Shown here: positions 29,722-38,567 of the stretch, in pieces
Layout of the letters: every line of letters begins with the position of its first letter
How positions within the stretch are numbered: the stretch's first letter is position 1
Origin: an uncultured Gammaproteobacteria bacterium
Lineage (GTDB): Bacteria > Pseudomonadota > Gammaproteobacteria > Chromatiales > Chromatiaceae
Direction: 5' to 3'
Assembly (NCBI GenBank): GCA_963780725.1
Contig: CAWACV010000001.1
Span: forward strand, 2,632,346-2,696,345
DNA: 64,000 nucleotides
Translations under genes and position numbers: made by a program
The notes under the pieces: generated by a model
The model's input: the letters and a program-made list of their open reading frames with translations, nothing else
Databases searched by the model: none
What the model was told of the DNA's origin: nothing

Positions 29722-30495
29722 CTAGGGTTCGCTCGAATTTACGCCCCTCTCGAGCTCGCTGGAAATCCAGCAATAGAGCTCGCGCAGTTCCGGCGCCATA
29801 TCCCGAACGAACTCGCGCGTATCCGTGACATAGACGGCGCGGATGCCGTGATGATCCACATCCCGCCCCATACGACGGAAGACCATTCCCGAACGCTTCA
29901 ACAGCCGGGGCAGGAACGGCTCCATGACAGCGAACATGTAAGGTCGCTGCAACAGCTCCGCCATTGCGTTGCCGGCAAGCATCAGGGCCACAGAGATCAG
30001 GGGAAAGGTCCGGCGCTCGCTGTCCGAGAGGCTTAAGGAAGCGATCTCGCCGAAACGAGTCAGCGACTCGCCGGAGCGACGCCGGAATGCGCCGTCCACG
30101 GCAAATCGAGATGCCTCGCAGATCATATCGCGGGGCGCTGTAAAATCTGCCATTGCGACAGGATCCAGGCTTGCGGTGCAACACTTTTCATAAGGGAGCG
30201 GCTGGGCTACGCCATTCGCCGAGGCAGAGCACATACGAACGCATCCGGCTGCCATTCCCGATGCGACATGGACAATCAGACAGTGGGCGGACATATCGTC
30301 GAGCTCGTCCGTTTCCATGCGATCCGGGAAGCGGTCCGCGGGCTCGTATCCGAATTCTTCGCAATACACCCGGTAGCGTATCCGATAGGTCTCCTGACAA
30401 TCGCGACTCGTGAGTGCCTGACGAACCGCGAAGTACCGCTGGAAATAATCGAGTGGTTGCTTGGATTCTACCATTGTCTTGGGCCGGTCATTCAC
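29722..30495 (-). CDS. PEP-CTERM/exosortase-associated acyltransferase (FeeM-like GNAT), copy 2
   Basis: IRYRVYCEEFGYEP, ETDELD..SAHCLI, CEASRFAVDGAFRRRSGE, MEPFLPRLL and DHHGIRA. Confidence 0.88.
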   Translation of the reverse strand: MNDRPKTMVESKQPLDYFQRYFAVRQALTSRDCQETYRIRYRVYCEEFGYEPADRFPDRMETDELDDMSAHCLIVHVASGMAAGCVRMCSASANGVAQPLPYEKCCTASLDPVAMADFTAPRDMICEASRFAVDGAFRRRSGESLTRFGEIASLSLSDSERRTFPLISVALMLAGNAMAELLQRPYMFAVMEPFLPRLLKRSGMVFRRMGRDVDHHGIRAVYVTDTREFVRDMAPELRELYCWISSELERGVNSSEP

Positions 30496-30706
30496 CCTGA
30501 AGTCAAGCGATCAAGCCAGGTAAATCGCTGTATCTCAGAGAGATCAGTGTAAACCGGACTTCCGCACATCGCCGGACGGGTATTGGTTAGATCCGCTACG
30601 CAGTCGCGCCGACACCGGTAAGCTTAGCTTGCCACGCAGCTCCAGTGGACTGCATCCGTCGGATCTCGGGTCAATGCATTGCCGAGACCAACGCCCAAGA
30701 CCCGCT

Positions 30707-31186
30707 CTAGCTTCGGGGTCCCGAGAGACCCGAGGGCCTGGAACCGATTGTGACCAACTCCACCACTCCACGATTGGCTCTGGCAAGATTATCCAGCGCC
30801 ACATCCAAGAGACACTTGAAAAACAAGTAACCTTCTTTCGGGTGGTCGTCCAGATACACTGCCAGCATGGCCCCATTGATCTCTAGGGTGCTCCCCTCGG
30901 TGAGTGCGCGCACGGTCGCAATACTTTCGTAGGGAGCGAGCAGGGAAGACTCGCCGAACACACTGCCCTCGGTCAACACGGCAACAGTCACTTCGACACT
31001 CGACCGATCCGGGAGCTGGACCCGCCCCAGAACAGCGAGCCTGCCGCGCTGTATCGCAAACAGCGATTGGCCTCGGGTGCCCTGGGCCGTTAGAAGCTCG
31101 CCCGGCACAAACTCGCGCCGAACCCAGGCAACGCCTTCGGCGAGTCTGGGCTGACGCAGTAGCTCTTCGATTAACCGTAAGATCAT
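30707..31186 (-). CDS. Stand-alone cyclic-nucleotide-binding domain protein
   Basis: GELLTAQG, LFAIQRG, GSVFGESSLL and ATVRA; no HTH. Start 31186 or 31216. Confidence 0.75.
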   Translation of the reverse strand: MILRLIEELLRQPRLAEGVAWVRREFVPGELLTAQGTRGQSLFAIQRGRLAVLGRVQLPDRSSVEVTVAVLTEGSVFGESSLLAPYESIATVRALTEGSTLEINGAMLAVYLDDHPKEGYLFFKCLLDVALDNLARANRGVVELVTIGSRPSGLSGPRS

Positions 31187-31384
31187 TGTTGTAATTGACC
31201 TTATGTCTGCAAACAAGGCCGGGCGGTCCCTACTTCAGGCATCGCAGGATATCCCCGCAAGCCTCTCAAGCTCAATAACCCGATCGCGGCCTGGGCGCGA
31301 AGGGCCACAGTTGGCCGCTGGAATGCGACTTTCGCTCGCTGCGAGCAAGAGCAAGTCGCGATCCCGCGGCCATACACACGAGAC

Positions 31385-31879
31385 TTAGGACCGGGACTCG
31401 ATGAAGGCGCGCAAGGTGTCTTCCTCATCCTTGGTGAGCGAGGTCTGAAGCACCTTGCCCTTGCCCTTAAACTGCTCCAGGGCCGCCATCACCTTGTCCG
31501 GGGTGGCTTTTTTTACCAGAACAAAGATCGCCGAGCAGCCGGGCTTAAACTCTTCGGCAAGCTCCTTCATAAATGCGTCGTCGATCCCGATGTCGGTAAA
31601 GCGCCCGGACAGGGCCCCGGCGCCGGCCCCCACGGCCGCCCCGAGCAGAGGATTCAAGAACAGCATGCCGATCAGCATGCCCCAGAATCCGCCGCCGACC
31701 GCACCGGCGGCGGTGAGATTGACTGCCTGGTGCATCTTGACCTTACCCTTTTCGTCCTTGGTGACGATCACCACGTCCTCCATCTCGATCAGGTACTCCT
31801 TTTGCAGCTTGGCGAGCGCCGCACGCATCTCGAAGGCCAGCTGCTCTTCGGGGAACGAAATCACGACCAGATTGCTCAT
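31385..31879 (-). CDS. DUF1269 family membrane protein
   Basis: GAVGGGFWGMLIGMLFLNPLLGAAVGA, DIGIDDAF and VLQTSL. Confidence 0.85.
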   Translation of the reverse strand: MSNLVVISFPEEQLAFEMRAALAKLQKEYLIEMEDVVIVTKDEKGKVKMHQAVNLTAAGAVGGGFWGMLIGMLFLNPLLGAAVGAGAGALSGRFTDIGIDDAFMKELAEEFKPGCSAIFVLVKKATPDKVMAALEQFKGKGKVLQTSLTKDEEDTLRAFIESRS

Positions 31880-31968
31880 GAGCCTCTCCTGTGACGTTGG
31901 GTTTGTGGTTTGAGCGATGACACCGCGGCGACGAACCGGATTGCCCGGGGAAAGTCGTCCAGGCTGCC

Positions 31969-32154
31969 CTACTCGGACTCGGTCTTGGCCAGGGCATCGC
32001 GCAGGGCCTGGAAGATCAGTGCGCGGGCCGCTGGCTCGTCCAGCTCCGGAACCTCCCAGCCCATGATGCGGCAGTATTTCTTCACCAGGTGTCGCACGTC
32101 GTCGTTGAGCTCAGCCCGGTAGCGGTCCATTTCGACCTGCTCGATCGTCTTCAT
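31969..32154 (-). CDS. Small hypothetical protein (61 aa)
   Basis: GGAGA SD; MKTIEQVEMDRY...LVKKYCRIMGWEVPELDE; natural composition; co-oriented with neighbours. Confidence 0.65.
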   Translation of the reverse strand: MKTIEQVEMDRYRAELNDDVRHLVKKYCRIMGWEVPELDEPAARALIFQALRDALAKTESE

Positions 32155-32242
32155 GCTTAGGTCTCCGCGTGCGCGGGACGGACCGGGCCTCTGAGGTCCC
32201 GGCCCCCGCCCGTGCGGCGCATCAGGATAGTAGAGCCCGCCC

Positions 32243-32815
32243 TTACTGCTTTTCGACCTTACCGGTAATGGCCCGGACATAGGTGGCGATGACACCGTCG
32301 CCCGGCTTCAGGTCGTCCAGGATGGCCCGGTCCTCGACCTTCAGGGTCACGGTCCGATTAGGACCGCGCACCGTTACCTTGGAGGCGGCCCGGTCCACCG
32401 ATACCACCTTGCCGTAAAGCTTCAGCTTCTCGACGATGGTCCCGGCCGGCTTGGCGCCCGCCTCCGGCTCGACGGTCGTCTCGCCGATGGCGCCCATGGA
32501 GCCGGCGTCCCGGCCCTTCTCGACGTCCACCAGCACCGCCTCGGTCTCGGTCACCGTGACCTTGTCGCCGATCTTGATCGCGGCGATGCGTTTAACTTCG
32601 GGCGGGATGGTCAGGACCTCGAACACCCCCTCGGGGGTCTTGATAGTCATCTTGCGGGTGGGGATATCCACAACCGTGACGATCCCGACGATCTCCTTTA
32701 CGGTGGCCTCGCCGGCGACCGGGGTGGTGGTATCTGCGAGGGCTTGGGGCGCCAGTGCGGCAGCACCCAGGGACAGGACGCAGCTCAGGGCAAGCGACAG
32801 GGGCAGTTTCTGCAT
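32243..32815 (-). CDS. Exported hypothetical protein with two beta-rich (OB-like) repeats
   Basis: Signal peptide ending ALA; repeated G.V..VD...K.T...P...LK.GD.V units. Confidence 0.7.
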   Translation of the reverse strand: MQKLPLSLALSCVLSLGAAALAPQALADTTTPVAGEATVKEIVGIVTVVDIPTRKMTIKTPEGVFEVLTIPPEVKRIAAIKIGDKVTVTETEAVLVDVEKGRDAGSMGAIGETTVEPEAGAKPAGTIVEKLKLYGKVVSVDRAASKVTVRGPNRTVTLKVEDRAILDDLKPGDGVIATYVRAITGKVEKQ

Positions 32816-33085
32816 GAGGAATTTCCTTGCGCGTTTCTTGTGGACTTGTTGGGGGGGAGCGGGACGGGGAGTCGCCGAAGGCACTGTTAGGGACGCGGCG
32901 ACGTCCGCGAAAGGTACGCGCTATGTCCCCTGGCTGCAACCCGGTCAACTCCTTACCAAGAGTTAAGGGCACCTTCAGCGTCCGGCAATGACCCTCGCCG
33001 CATACTCGTCTCCACTCATCGCCAAGACCCGGCCCTTATGCCTGGCCCGGCGCAGAAAGACCATACCCAACGAGGAGCGATATCC

Positions 33086-34606
33086 ATGAAACGCGCGCAA
33101 TCGATCGAGCCCGCTGCCCCCCGCAAGCCTGTGGCTACGCGTACCGCCTTGGCCGGGGCCGTCGCACTGGCCCTCGCGGCCGGCGGCGCCGTGCTGGCCC
33201 AGACCCAGGTGCCCCAAAGCCAGCCCGTTACGGGCGCGAGCGTCGTTGTGCAACCCACGATGCCGAGCTTCGCGGACGTGGCCGAGCGTGTCGCCCCCGC
33301 GGTGGTGAACGTCACCGTGGTGTCAGACACGGCCGAAAAGCCGCTCCGGCAAGGCCATCCCCAGCTCCCGGAGGGTAGCCCCTTCGACGAGTTCTTCCGT
33401 AAGTTCTACGAGCAGCCCGGGATGTCCGGACCCCACCGTACCCAGGGCGCCGGCTCCGGATTCGTGATCGACCCGACCGGGCTCGTGGTCACCAACAACC
33501 ATGTGATCGACGGGGCGAGCGAGGTCACGGTCACCTTGAACGATGGGGCCAAACATCAGGCCAGGGTGGTGGGGCGCGACGACAAGACCGATATCGCGCT
33601 CCTCAAGATCGAGGCCGGACATCCTTTACCCCATGTGGACCTGGCAGACTCCAGCAGCGCCCGGGTGGGCGACTGGGTCCTGGCGGTGGGCAATCCGTTT
33701 GGCCTCGGCGGATCGGTGAACGCGGGCATCGTCTCTGCCCGGGGCCGGGATATCCAATCTGGCCCCTATGACGACTATATCCAGATCGACGCCCCGATCA
33801 ACCGCGGCAATTCGGGCGGCCCGTTGTTCGATGTCTACGGCCGGGTGATCGGCGTCAATACCGCGATCTACTCGCCCACTGGCGGCAACGTGGGGATCGG
33901 GTTCGCCATCCCCGCGGAGACGGTGCGTACCGTGGTGGCGGATCTCCGCGACGACGGCCGGGTCGAGCGCGGCTGGCTGGGGCTCCAGATCCAACCGGTG
34001 ACCGAGGACCTGGCCGCTGGACTCGGTCTCAAGGGCACCGACGGGGTGCTGGTGGCCGACGTGCTGCGCGACGGTCCCTCTGCCGGGTTCGACCTCAAAC
34101 CCGGAGATGTCATCCTGAGCACCGATGGCAACCCGATCCGCGACTACAAAGACCTGCCCAAGCGGGTAGCGGCCACCAAGGCAGGGACTGCGATGAAGCT
34201 CGAGTTGGTCCGGGCGGGCAAGCCCCTGACGGTCGCGGTGACCGTGGGCCAGATGCCGGCGGACGACTCGCAGGCCCTGGCCGCAGACCAGCCTGCCGCC
34301 GGGGAGGCGCAGGCACGCATCGGGCTTTATCTCGCCCCGCTGACCCCAGAGCTCAAGCGCGAGCAAGGGCTTGGCGCCGACAGCGCGGGGGTCTTCGTGG
34401 CCCGGGTAGAGCCAGGCAGCCCGGCCGACCAGGCCGGCATCGAGGCCGGTAGCCTGATCTCCATGGTCGGCGGCGCGCCAGTCAGCACGCCGGAGCAGGC
34501 GATCGCCGCCGTCCGCGCGGCGGCCGAGGCTAAACGCGACGCGGTGGTGCTACGGGTGGAGAAGGACGGCAAACCGCAGTTCGTGGCGGTCCCCTTCGCC
34601 GCTTGA
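33086..34606 (+). CDS. DegP/DegQ (Do family) periplasmic serine protease with two PDZ domains
   Basis: GSGFVI, TNNHV, DIALLK and INRGNSGGPL; two PDZ domains; GAGGAG SD before ATG 33086. Confidence 0.95.
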   Translation: MKRAQSIEPAAPRKPVATRTALAGAVALALAAGGAVLAQTQVPQSQPVTGASVVVQPTMPSFADVAERVAPAVVNVTVVSDTAEKPLRQGHPQLPEGSPFDEFFRKFYEQPGMSGPHRTQGAGSGFVIDPTGLVVTNNHVIDGASEVTVTLNDGAKHQARVVGRDDKTDIALLKIEAGHPLPHVDLADSSSARVGDWVLAVGNPFGLGGSVNAGIVSARGRDIQSGPYDDYIQIDAPINRGNSGGPLFDVYGRVIGVNTAIYSPTGGNVGIGFAIPAETVRTVVADLRDDGRVERGWLGLQIQPVTEDLAAGLGLKGTDGVLVADVLRDGPSAGFDLKPGDVILSTDGNPIRDYKDLPKRVAATKAGTAMKLELVRAGKPLTVAVTVGQMPADDSQALAADQPAAGEAQARIGLYLAPLTPELKREQGLGADSAGVFVARVEPGSPADQAGIEAGSLISMVGGAPVSTPEQAIAAVRAAAEAKRDAVVLRVEKDGKPQFVAVPFAA

Positions 34607-34757
34607 GACGACGGCAGGGCCGGGAAAGGCCGGCCGGACCGCGGCCCAGGAGGCGGCCTCGCCCTGCCCTACCCTGCCGTATCATCCGGAGGGACGCACC
34701 CGTCCCAACCCATCGAGGCCATGGACGGCCCCCGAATAACCGCTATCATCCCGGTCC

Positions 34758-35432
34758 ATGCGCATACTCCTGATCGAAGACGACCGCCAGATGGCGGACT
34801 ACCTGCGTAAGGCATTGGGCGAGGTCGGCGCGGTCACCGACTATGCGGGAGACGGCCGCGAGGGGCTACTACTGGCGGCGAGCGGGGACTATGACGCACT
34901 GATCCTGGACCGCATGCTCCCCGGGCTCGACGGACTGGGCATCCTGCGGACACTGCGTGCCTCGGGCAACCGCACCCCGGTATTGATCCTCTCGGCCTTG
35001 GGGGAAGTGGACGACCGGGTGGAGGGACTGCGAGCCGGGGGAGACGACTATCTGGTCAAGCCATTCGCCTTCTCGGAGCTTCATGCCCGGCTGGAGGCAC
35101 TGTTGAGACGCGGGAGCGGCGAGGCCCCGGAGACCCGGCTGCGGGTCGGCGACCTGGAGATCGACCTCCTGAAGCGAGAGGTGTTACGCGCCGGTCGCCC
35201 CATCCAGCTACAGCCCCGCGAGTTCCGACTGCTTGAGTATCTGATGCGACATGCAGGCCAGGTGGTCACCCGCACCATGCTGCTGGAGCAGGTGTGGGAC
35301 TACCATTTCGACCCCCAGACCAACGTCATCGATGTCCATATCAGCCGCCTGCGCGGCAAGATCGACCGGGATTTCGACACCCCGCTCCTGCATACCGTTC
35401 GCGGTGCCGGCTACATGATCCGCGGCCAATGA
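34758..35432 (+). CDS. OmpR-family response regulator (CusR-like)
   Basis: LIEDD, LDRMLPG, DDYLVKPF, winged helix VIDVHISRLRGKID and TVRGAGY. Confidence 0.95.
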   Translation: MRILLIEDDRQMADYLRKALGEVGAVTDYAGDGREGLLLAASGDYDALILDRMLPGLDGLGILRTLRASGNRTPVLILSALGEVDDRVEGLRAGGDDYLVKPFAFSELHARLEALLRRGSGEAPETRLRVGDLEIDLLKREVLRAGRPIQLQPREFRLLEYLMRHAGQVVTRTMLLEQVWDYHFDPQTNVIDVHISRLRGKIDRDFDTPLLHTVRGAGYMIRGQ

Positions 35433-36934
35433 GCGGTGCCGCACTGTTGCGGGGCCGTGCCGCCCGGGTCATCAAGAGCTCGAGCTTTCGGCTTGCCCTG
35501 CTCTATATGAGCCTGCTCGCCGTCTCGGTGGCCATCCTGCTCGGGTTTATCTATTGGTCCACCGCGGGCTACATGGACCGCCAGACCGACGCCACCATCG
35601 CCGCCGAGATCCAGGGGCTCGCCGAGCAGGCCCGGCGTCGCGGGCTCGTTGGCCTCACCGGCTCGATCCGCGAGCGAATCGCCCGGGACCCGGCCGGGGC
35701 CGGGGTCTATCTGCTGGCGGACGGGGACTTGAAGCCACTGGTCGGCAACCTGGACCGCTGGCCCGGCGGCTTCCCGGACGCAGAGGGCTGGGTGCACTTT
35801 CGCTTGCTGCAGCGCGGACCGGACCGCACCGAAGAGCACGCCGCGCGCGCCCAAATCTTTCTGCTGGGCGGCAACCTGAGGCTCCTGGTCGGGCGCGACG
35901 TGCGCGACCTGGAGGCCACCCGCGGGCTCATCCTGGATGCGCTGGCCTGGGGTTTGGCCATCACCTTCGGACTCGCATTGGCGGGTGGCTGGCTCCTGAG
36001 CACCCGATTCCTGCGGCGCATCGAGGCCATCAATCAGACCAGCCGCGAGATCATGGACGGAGACCTGTCCCGGCGCATCCCGGTGGGCGGGAGCGGCGAC
36101 GACTTCGACCAGCTCGCCGCGGGCCTGAACGGCATGCTGGCCCGCATCGAGACCCTGATGGCCGGGGTACGCCAGGTCTCCGACAATATCGCTCATGACC
36201 TGCGCACGCCGCTCACCCGTCTGCGCAATAAGCTGGAGCTACTGCGCTCGGACCTGGGAGAGGGTCACCCGGCCGGCGCGCTTGCGGAGGAAACCATTGC
36301 GGACTCGGAGGAGCTGCTCGCGACCTTCAACGCACTGCTGCGGATCGCCCGGATCGAGTCCGGCGGGCGGCGCGCGGCCTTCGCCCCGCTCGACCTGCGC
36401 CCACTGGCCCAGGACGTGGCGGAGCTCTACGAGCCGGTCGCCGCGGACAAAGACCAAACCCTGACCCTGGAGGCCCCGGAGCCGGCCTGGGTGATCGGCG
36501 ATCGCGACCTGCTGTTCCAGGCACTGGGGAACCTGGTGGACAACGCCGTGAAATATACCCCGGAGGGCGGCCGGGTGACGCTCGCGATCGCCCGCGTCCC
36601 GGGATCTGTGGTGGCTGAGGTGGCGGACAATGGACCCGGTATCCCTGCCGATCTACACGGCGAGGTCTTCCGGCGCTTCTACCGCGCAGACCACAGCCGC
36701 ACCACCCCGGGCAGCGGTCTGGGCCTGAGCCTGGTCCAAGCCGTGGTCCAGCTCCACGGGGCCGCGATCGAGCTGCTCGATAACCGCCCCGGGCTCAGGG
36801 TTCGTGTTCGACTGAACGGCACACCCGCCCCGGATCGCACACAGCCCACTCAGAACGGGGATACGGGCGGGCCGGCAAGCCTGCCCGGAGACGGCCCGGA
36901 CCGCACCGACTTCCGCCGCCCCATTGCCGCCTAA
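35429..36934 (+). CDS. Sensor histidine kinase (2 TM, HAMP, HisKA, HATPase)
   Basis: AHDLRTPL, NLVDNAVKY, DNGPGI and GSGLGL; ATGA overlap with the regulator. Confidence 0.93.
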   Translation: MSGAALLRGRAARVIKSSSFRLALLYMSLLAVSVAILLGFIYWSTAGYMDRQTDATIAAEIQGLAEQARRRGLVGLTGSIRERIARDPAGAGVYLLADGDLKPLVGNLDRWPGGFPDAEGWVHFRLLQRGPDRTEEHAARAQIFLLGGNLRLLVGRDVRDLEATRGLILDALAWGLAITFGLALAGGWLLSTRFLRRIEAINQTSREIMDGDLSRRIPVGGSGDDFDQLAAGLNGMLARIETLMAGVRQVSDNIAHDLRTPLTRLRNKLELLRSDLGEGHPAGALAEETIADSEELLATFNALLRIARIESGGRRAAFAPLDLRPLAQDVAELYEPVAADKDQTLTLEAPEPAWVIGDRDLLFQALGNLVDNAVKYTPEGGRVTLAIARVPGSVVAEVADNGPGIPADLHGEVFRRFYRADHSRTTPGSGLGLSLVQAVVQLHGAAIELLDNRPGLRVRVRLNGTPAPDRTQPTQNGDTGGPASLPGDGPDRTDFRRPIAA

Positions 36935-36990
36935 GCGGCCGCGCGGATGTGGCCTTGATCGTAACTCCGGCGGCAGGTCGGCGGCGGACC

Positions 36991-37044
36991 CGTCGCGGCT
37001 GGGGGCCGCTCCTACGCCCGTAGGAGCGGCCCCCAGCCGCGACG
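36991..37044. repeat. REP-like perfect inverted repeat (GTAG family)
   Basis: 26-bp arms CGTCGCGGCTGGGGGCCGCTCCTACG and CGTAGGAGCGGCCCCCAGCCGCGACG with a 2-nt loop, between convergent genes. Confidence 0.8.
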
Positions 37045-37154
37045 AATATCATCCGCGGGGTGGCCGAAATTATGATCGAGGCTGCGGATGTATACCCGAA
37101 GCACTTCGGTGTTTCGCTTCCAGCCCGAGTATCCGCTTGTATCGAAACCGGAAC

Positions 37155-37210
37155 CTCGCCACTCGCCACTCGCCACTCGCCACTCGCCACTCGCCACTCG
37201 CCACTGGCAA
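37155..37210 (+). repeat. Heptamer tandem repeat (CTCGCCA)x7
   Basis: Seven perfect units at 37155-37203 plus CTGGCAA, directly downstream of the nifS stop. Confidence 0.95.
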
Positions 37211-37215
37211 GTATC

Positions 37216-38427
37216 TCAGGCATAGGCCGGCGCGAATGCCTTGGCAGGATCTTCGATCGGCCCGTTCCCTGCCCAGTAAGGCGAGAGCTTCCGGAGCTGG
37301 GCGACGATGGACGGGACCGCTGCGATGGTCCGATCCACCTCCTCTAAGGTGTTGTAGCGCGAGAGCGAGAAGCGCACGGTGCCATGGGCGGCAGTGTACG
37401 GGATGCCCATAGCACGCATGACATGGCTCGGCTCCAGCGACCCGGAGGTGCAGGCAGAGCCTGAGGATGCGGCAATCCCTTGCTTGTTCAAGAGCAGCAG
37501 GATGGCCTCGCCCTCGATGTACTCGAAGGCGATGTTGCAGGTATTGGGCAGTCGGTTGTTGGGGTCCCCGGTGACGAAGCAATGTGGAACGGACTCCAGT
37601 ATCCCGTGCTCCAGGCGATCGCGCAGCGCGCGCACCCGGGTCTTCTCGTCGTCCATATGGGCGAGCGCCATCTCGCACGCCTTGCCCAGCGCCACGATGG
37701 ATGCGGAGTTTTCGGTCCCGGCGCGGCGCCCGCGCTCCTGGTGTCCGCCCCGCAGCAACGGCCGGAATCGGGTGTTGCGGCGCACATAGAGGACCCCGAC
37801 GCCCTTGGGGGCATGGAGCTTGTGGCCGGAGAGCGACAGCATGTCGATACAGGTCTCCGAGAGCACGATCGGCACCTTGCCCACCGCCTGGACCGCATCG
37901 GTATGGAACATGACCCCTGCCGAGCGGGCCAACTCCGACATTTCCTCCACCGGGAACAGGGTGCCGGTCTCGTTGTTGGCCCACATGACCGAAACGATGG
38001 CCACCCGGTCCGAAAGCAGATCCATGTATTCCCGGATATTGAGCCGACCGCGCCCGTCCACCTTGAGACGGTGGACCTTATAGCCCTCCTTCTCCAGGTG
38101 CTCGCAGAGCGCCAGGATGGCCGGGTGCTCTACCACGGTGGTGATGATCTCCTTACGCTCCGGCTGGGCCTTGAGCGCGGAGAGGATGGCGGTGGAGTCG
38201 GACTCGGTCCCGCAGGAGGTGAAGACGATTTCCGAGTCGTGCTCCGCACCCAGGAGCCCCTGAACCTGCACCCGCGCCTGCTTGATCGCCGCCCCCACCC
38301 GGTTGCCGAACTGGTGCAGGGACGACGGATTGCCGAACTGCTCGGTAAAATAGGGCAGCATGGCCTCCACCACCTCGGGTGAGACCATGGTGGTGGCGTT
38401 ATTGTCGAGATAGATGCCGTGTGTCAT
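37216..38427 (-). CDS. nifS: Cysteine desulfurase NifS
   Basis: YLDNNATT, SGHKLHAPKG and SSGSACTSGSLEPSHV; follows nifU. Confidence 0.95.
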   Translation of the reverse strand: MTHGIYLDNNATTMVSPEVVEAMLPYFTEQFGNPSSLHQFGNRVGAAIKQARVQVQGLLGAEHDSEIVFTSCGTESDSTAILSALKAQPERKEIITTVVEHPAILALCEHLEKEGYKVHRLKVDGRGRLNIREYMDLLSDRVAIVSVMWANNETGTLFPVEEMSELARSAGVMFHTDAVQAVGKVPIVLSETCIDMLSLSGHKLHAPKGVGVLYVRRNTRFRPLLRGGHQERGRRAGTENSASIVALGKACEMALAHMDDEKTRVRALRDRLEHGILESVPHCFVTGDPNNRLPNTCNIAFEYIEGEAILLLLNKQGIAASSGSACTSGSLEPSHVMRAMGIPYTAAHGTVRFSLSRYNTLEEVDRTIAAVPSIVAQLRKLSPYWAGNGPIEDPAKAFAPAYA

Positions 38428-38529
38428 GCCTGGGTCTCGCTCTATCCCAGGGCCAAGCCCCGGGCTGTTCGGTCAAGCCCCCGCGGGGCTTGAGTTGTGC
38501 CCAATGCCGGAGGTCGCGCCTTTGGCGAC

Positions 38530-38562
38530 CCTTGGCCCTAGGACCTTGGCCCTAGGCCCTTC
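38530..38562 (+). repeat. Heptamer repeat CCTWGGM between nifU and nifS
   Basis: CCTTGGC CCTAGGA CCTTGGC CCTAGGC CCTTC. Confidence 0.75.
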
Positions 38563-38567
38563 AAACC

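Noticed and set aside
37155-37210. Possible CRISPR array
   Set aside because: Contiguous 7-mers without spacers; no cas genes or repeat-spacer arrays seen in the window.
36795-37223. ORFs with ASGEWRV or ATRHSPL repeats
   Set aside because: Translation artefacts of the non-coding heptamer array.
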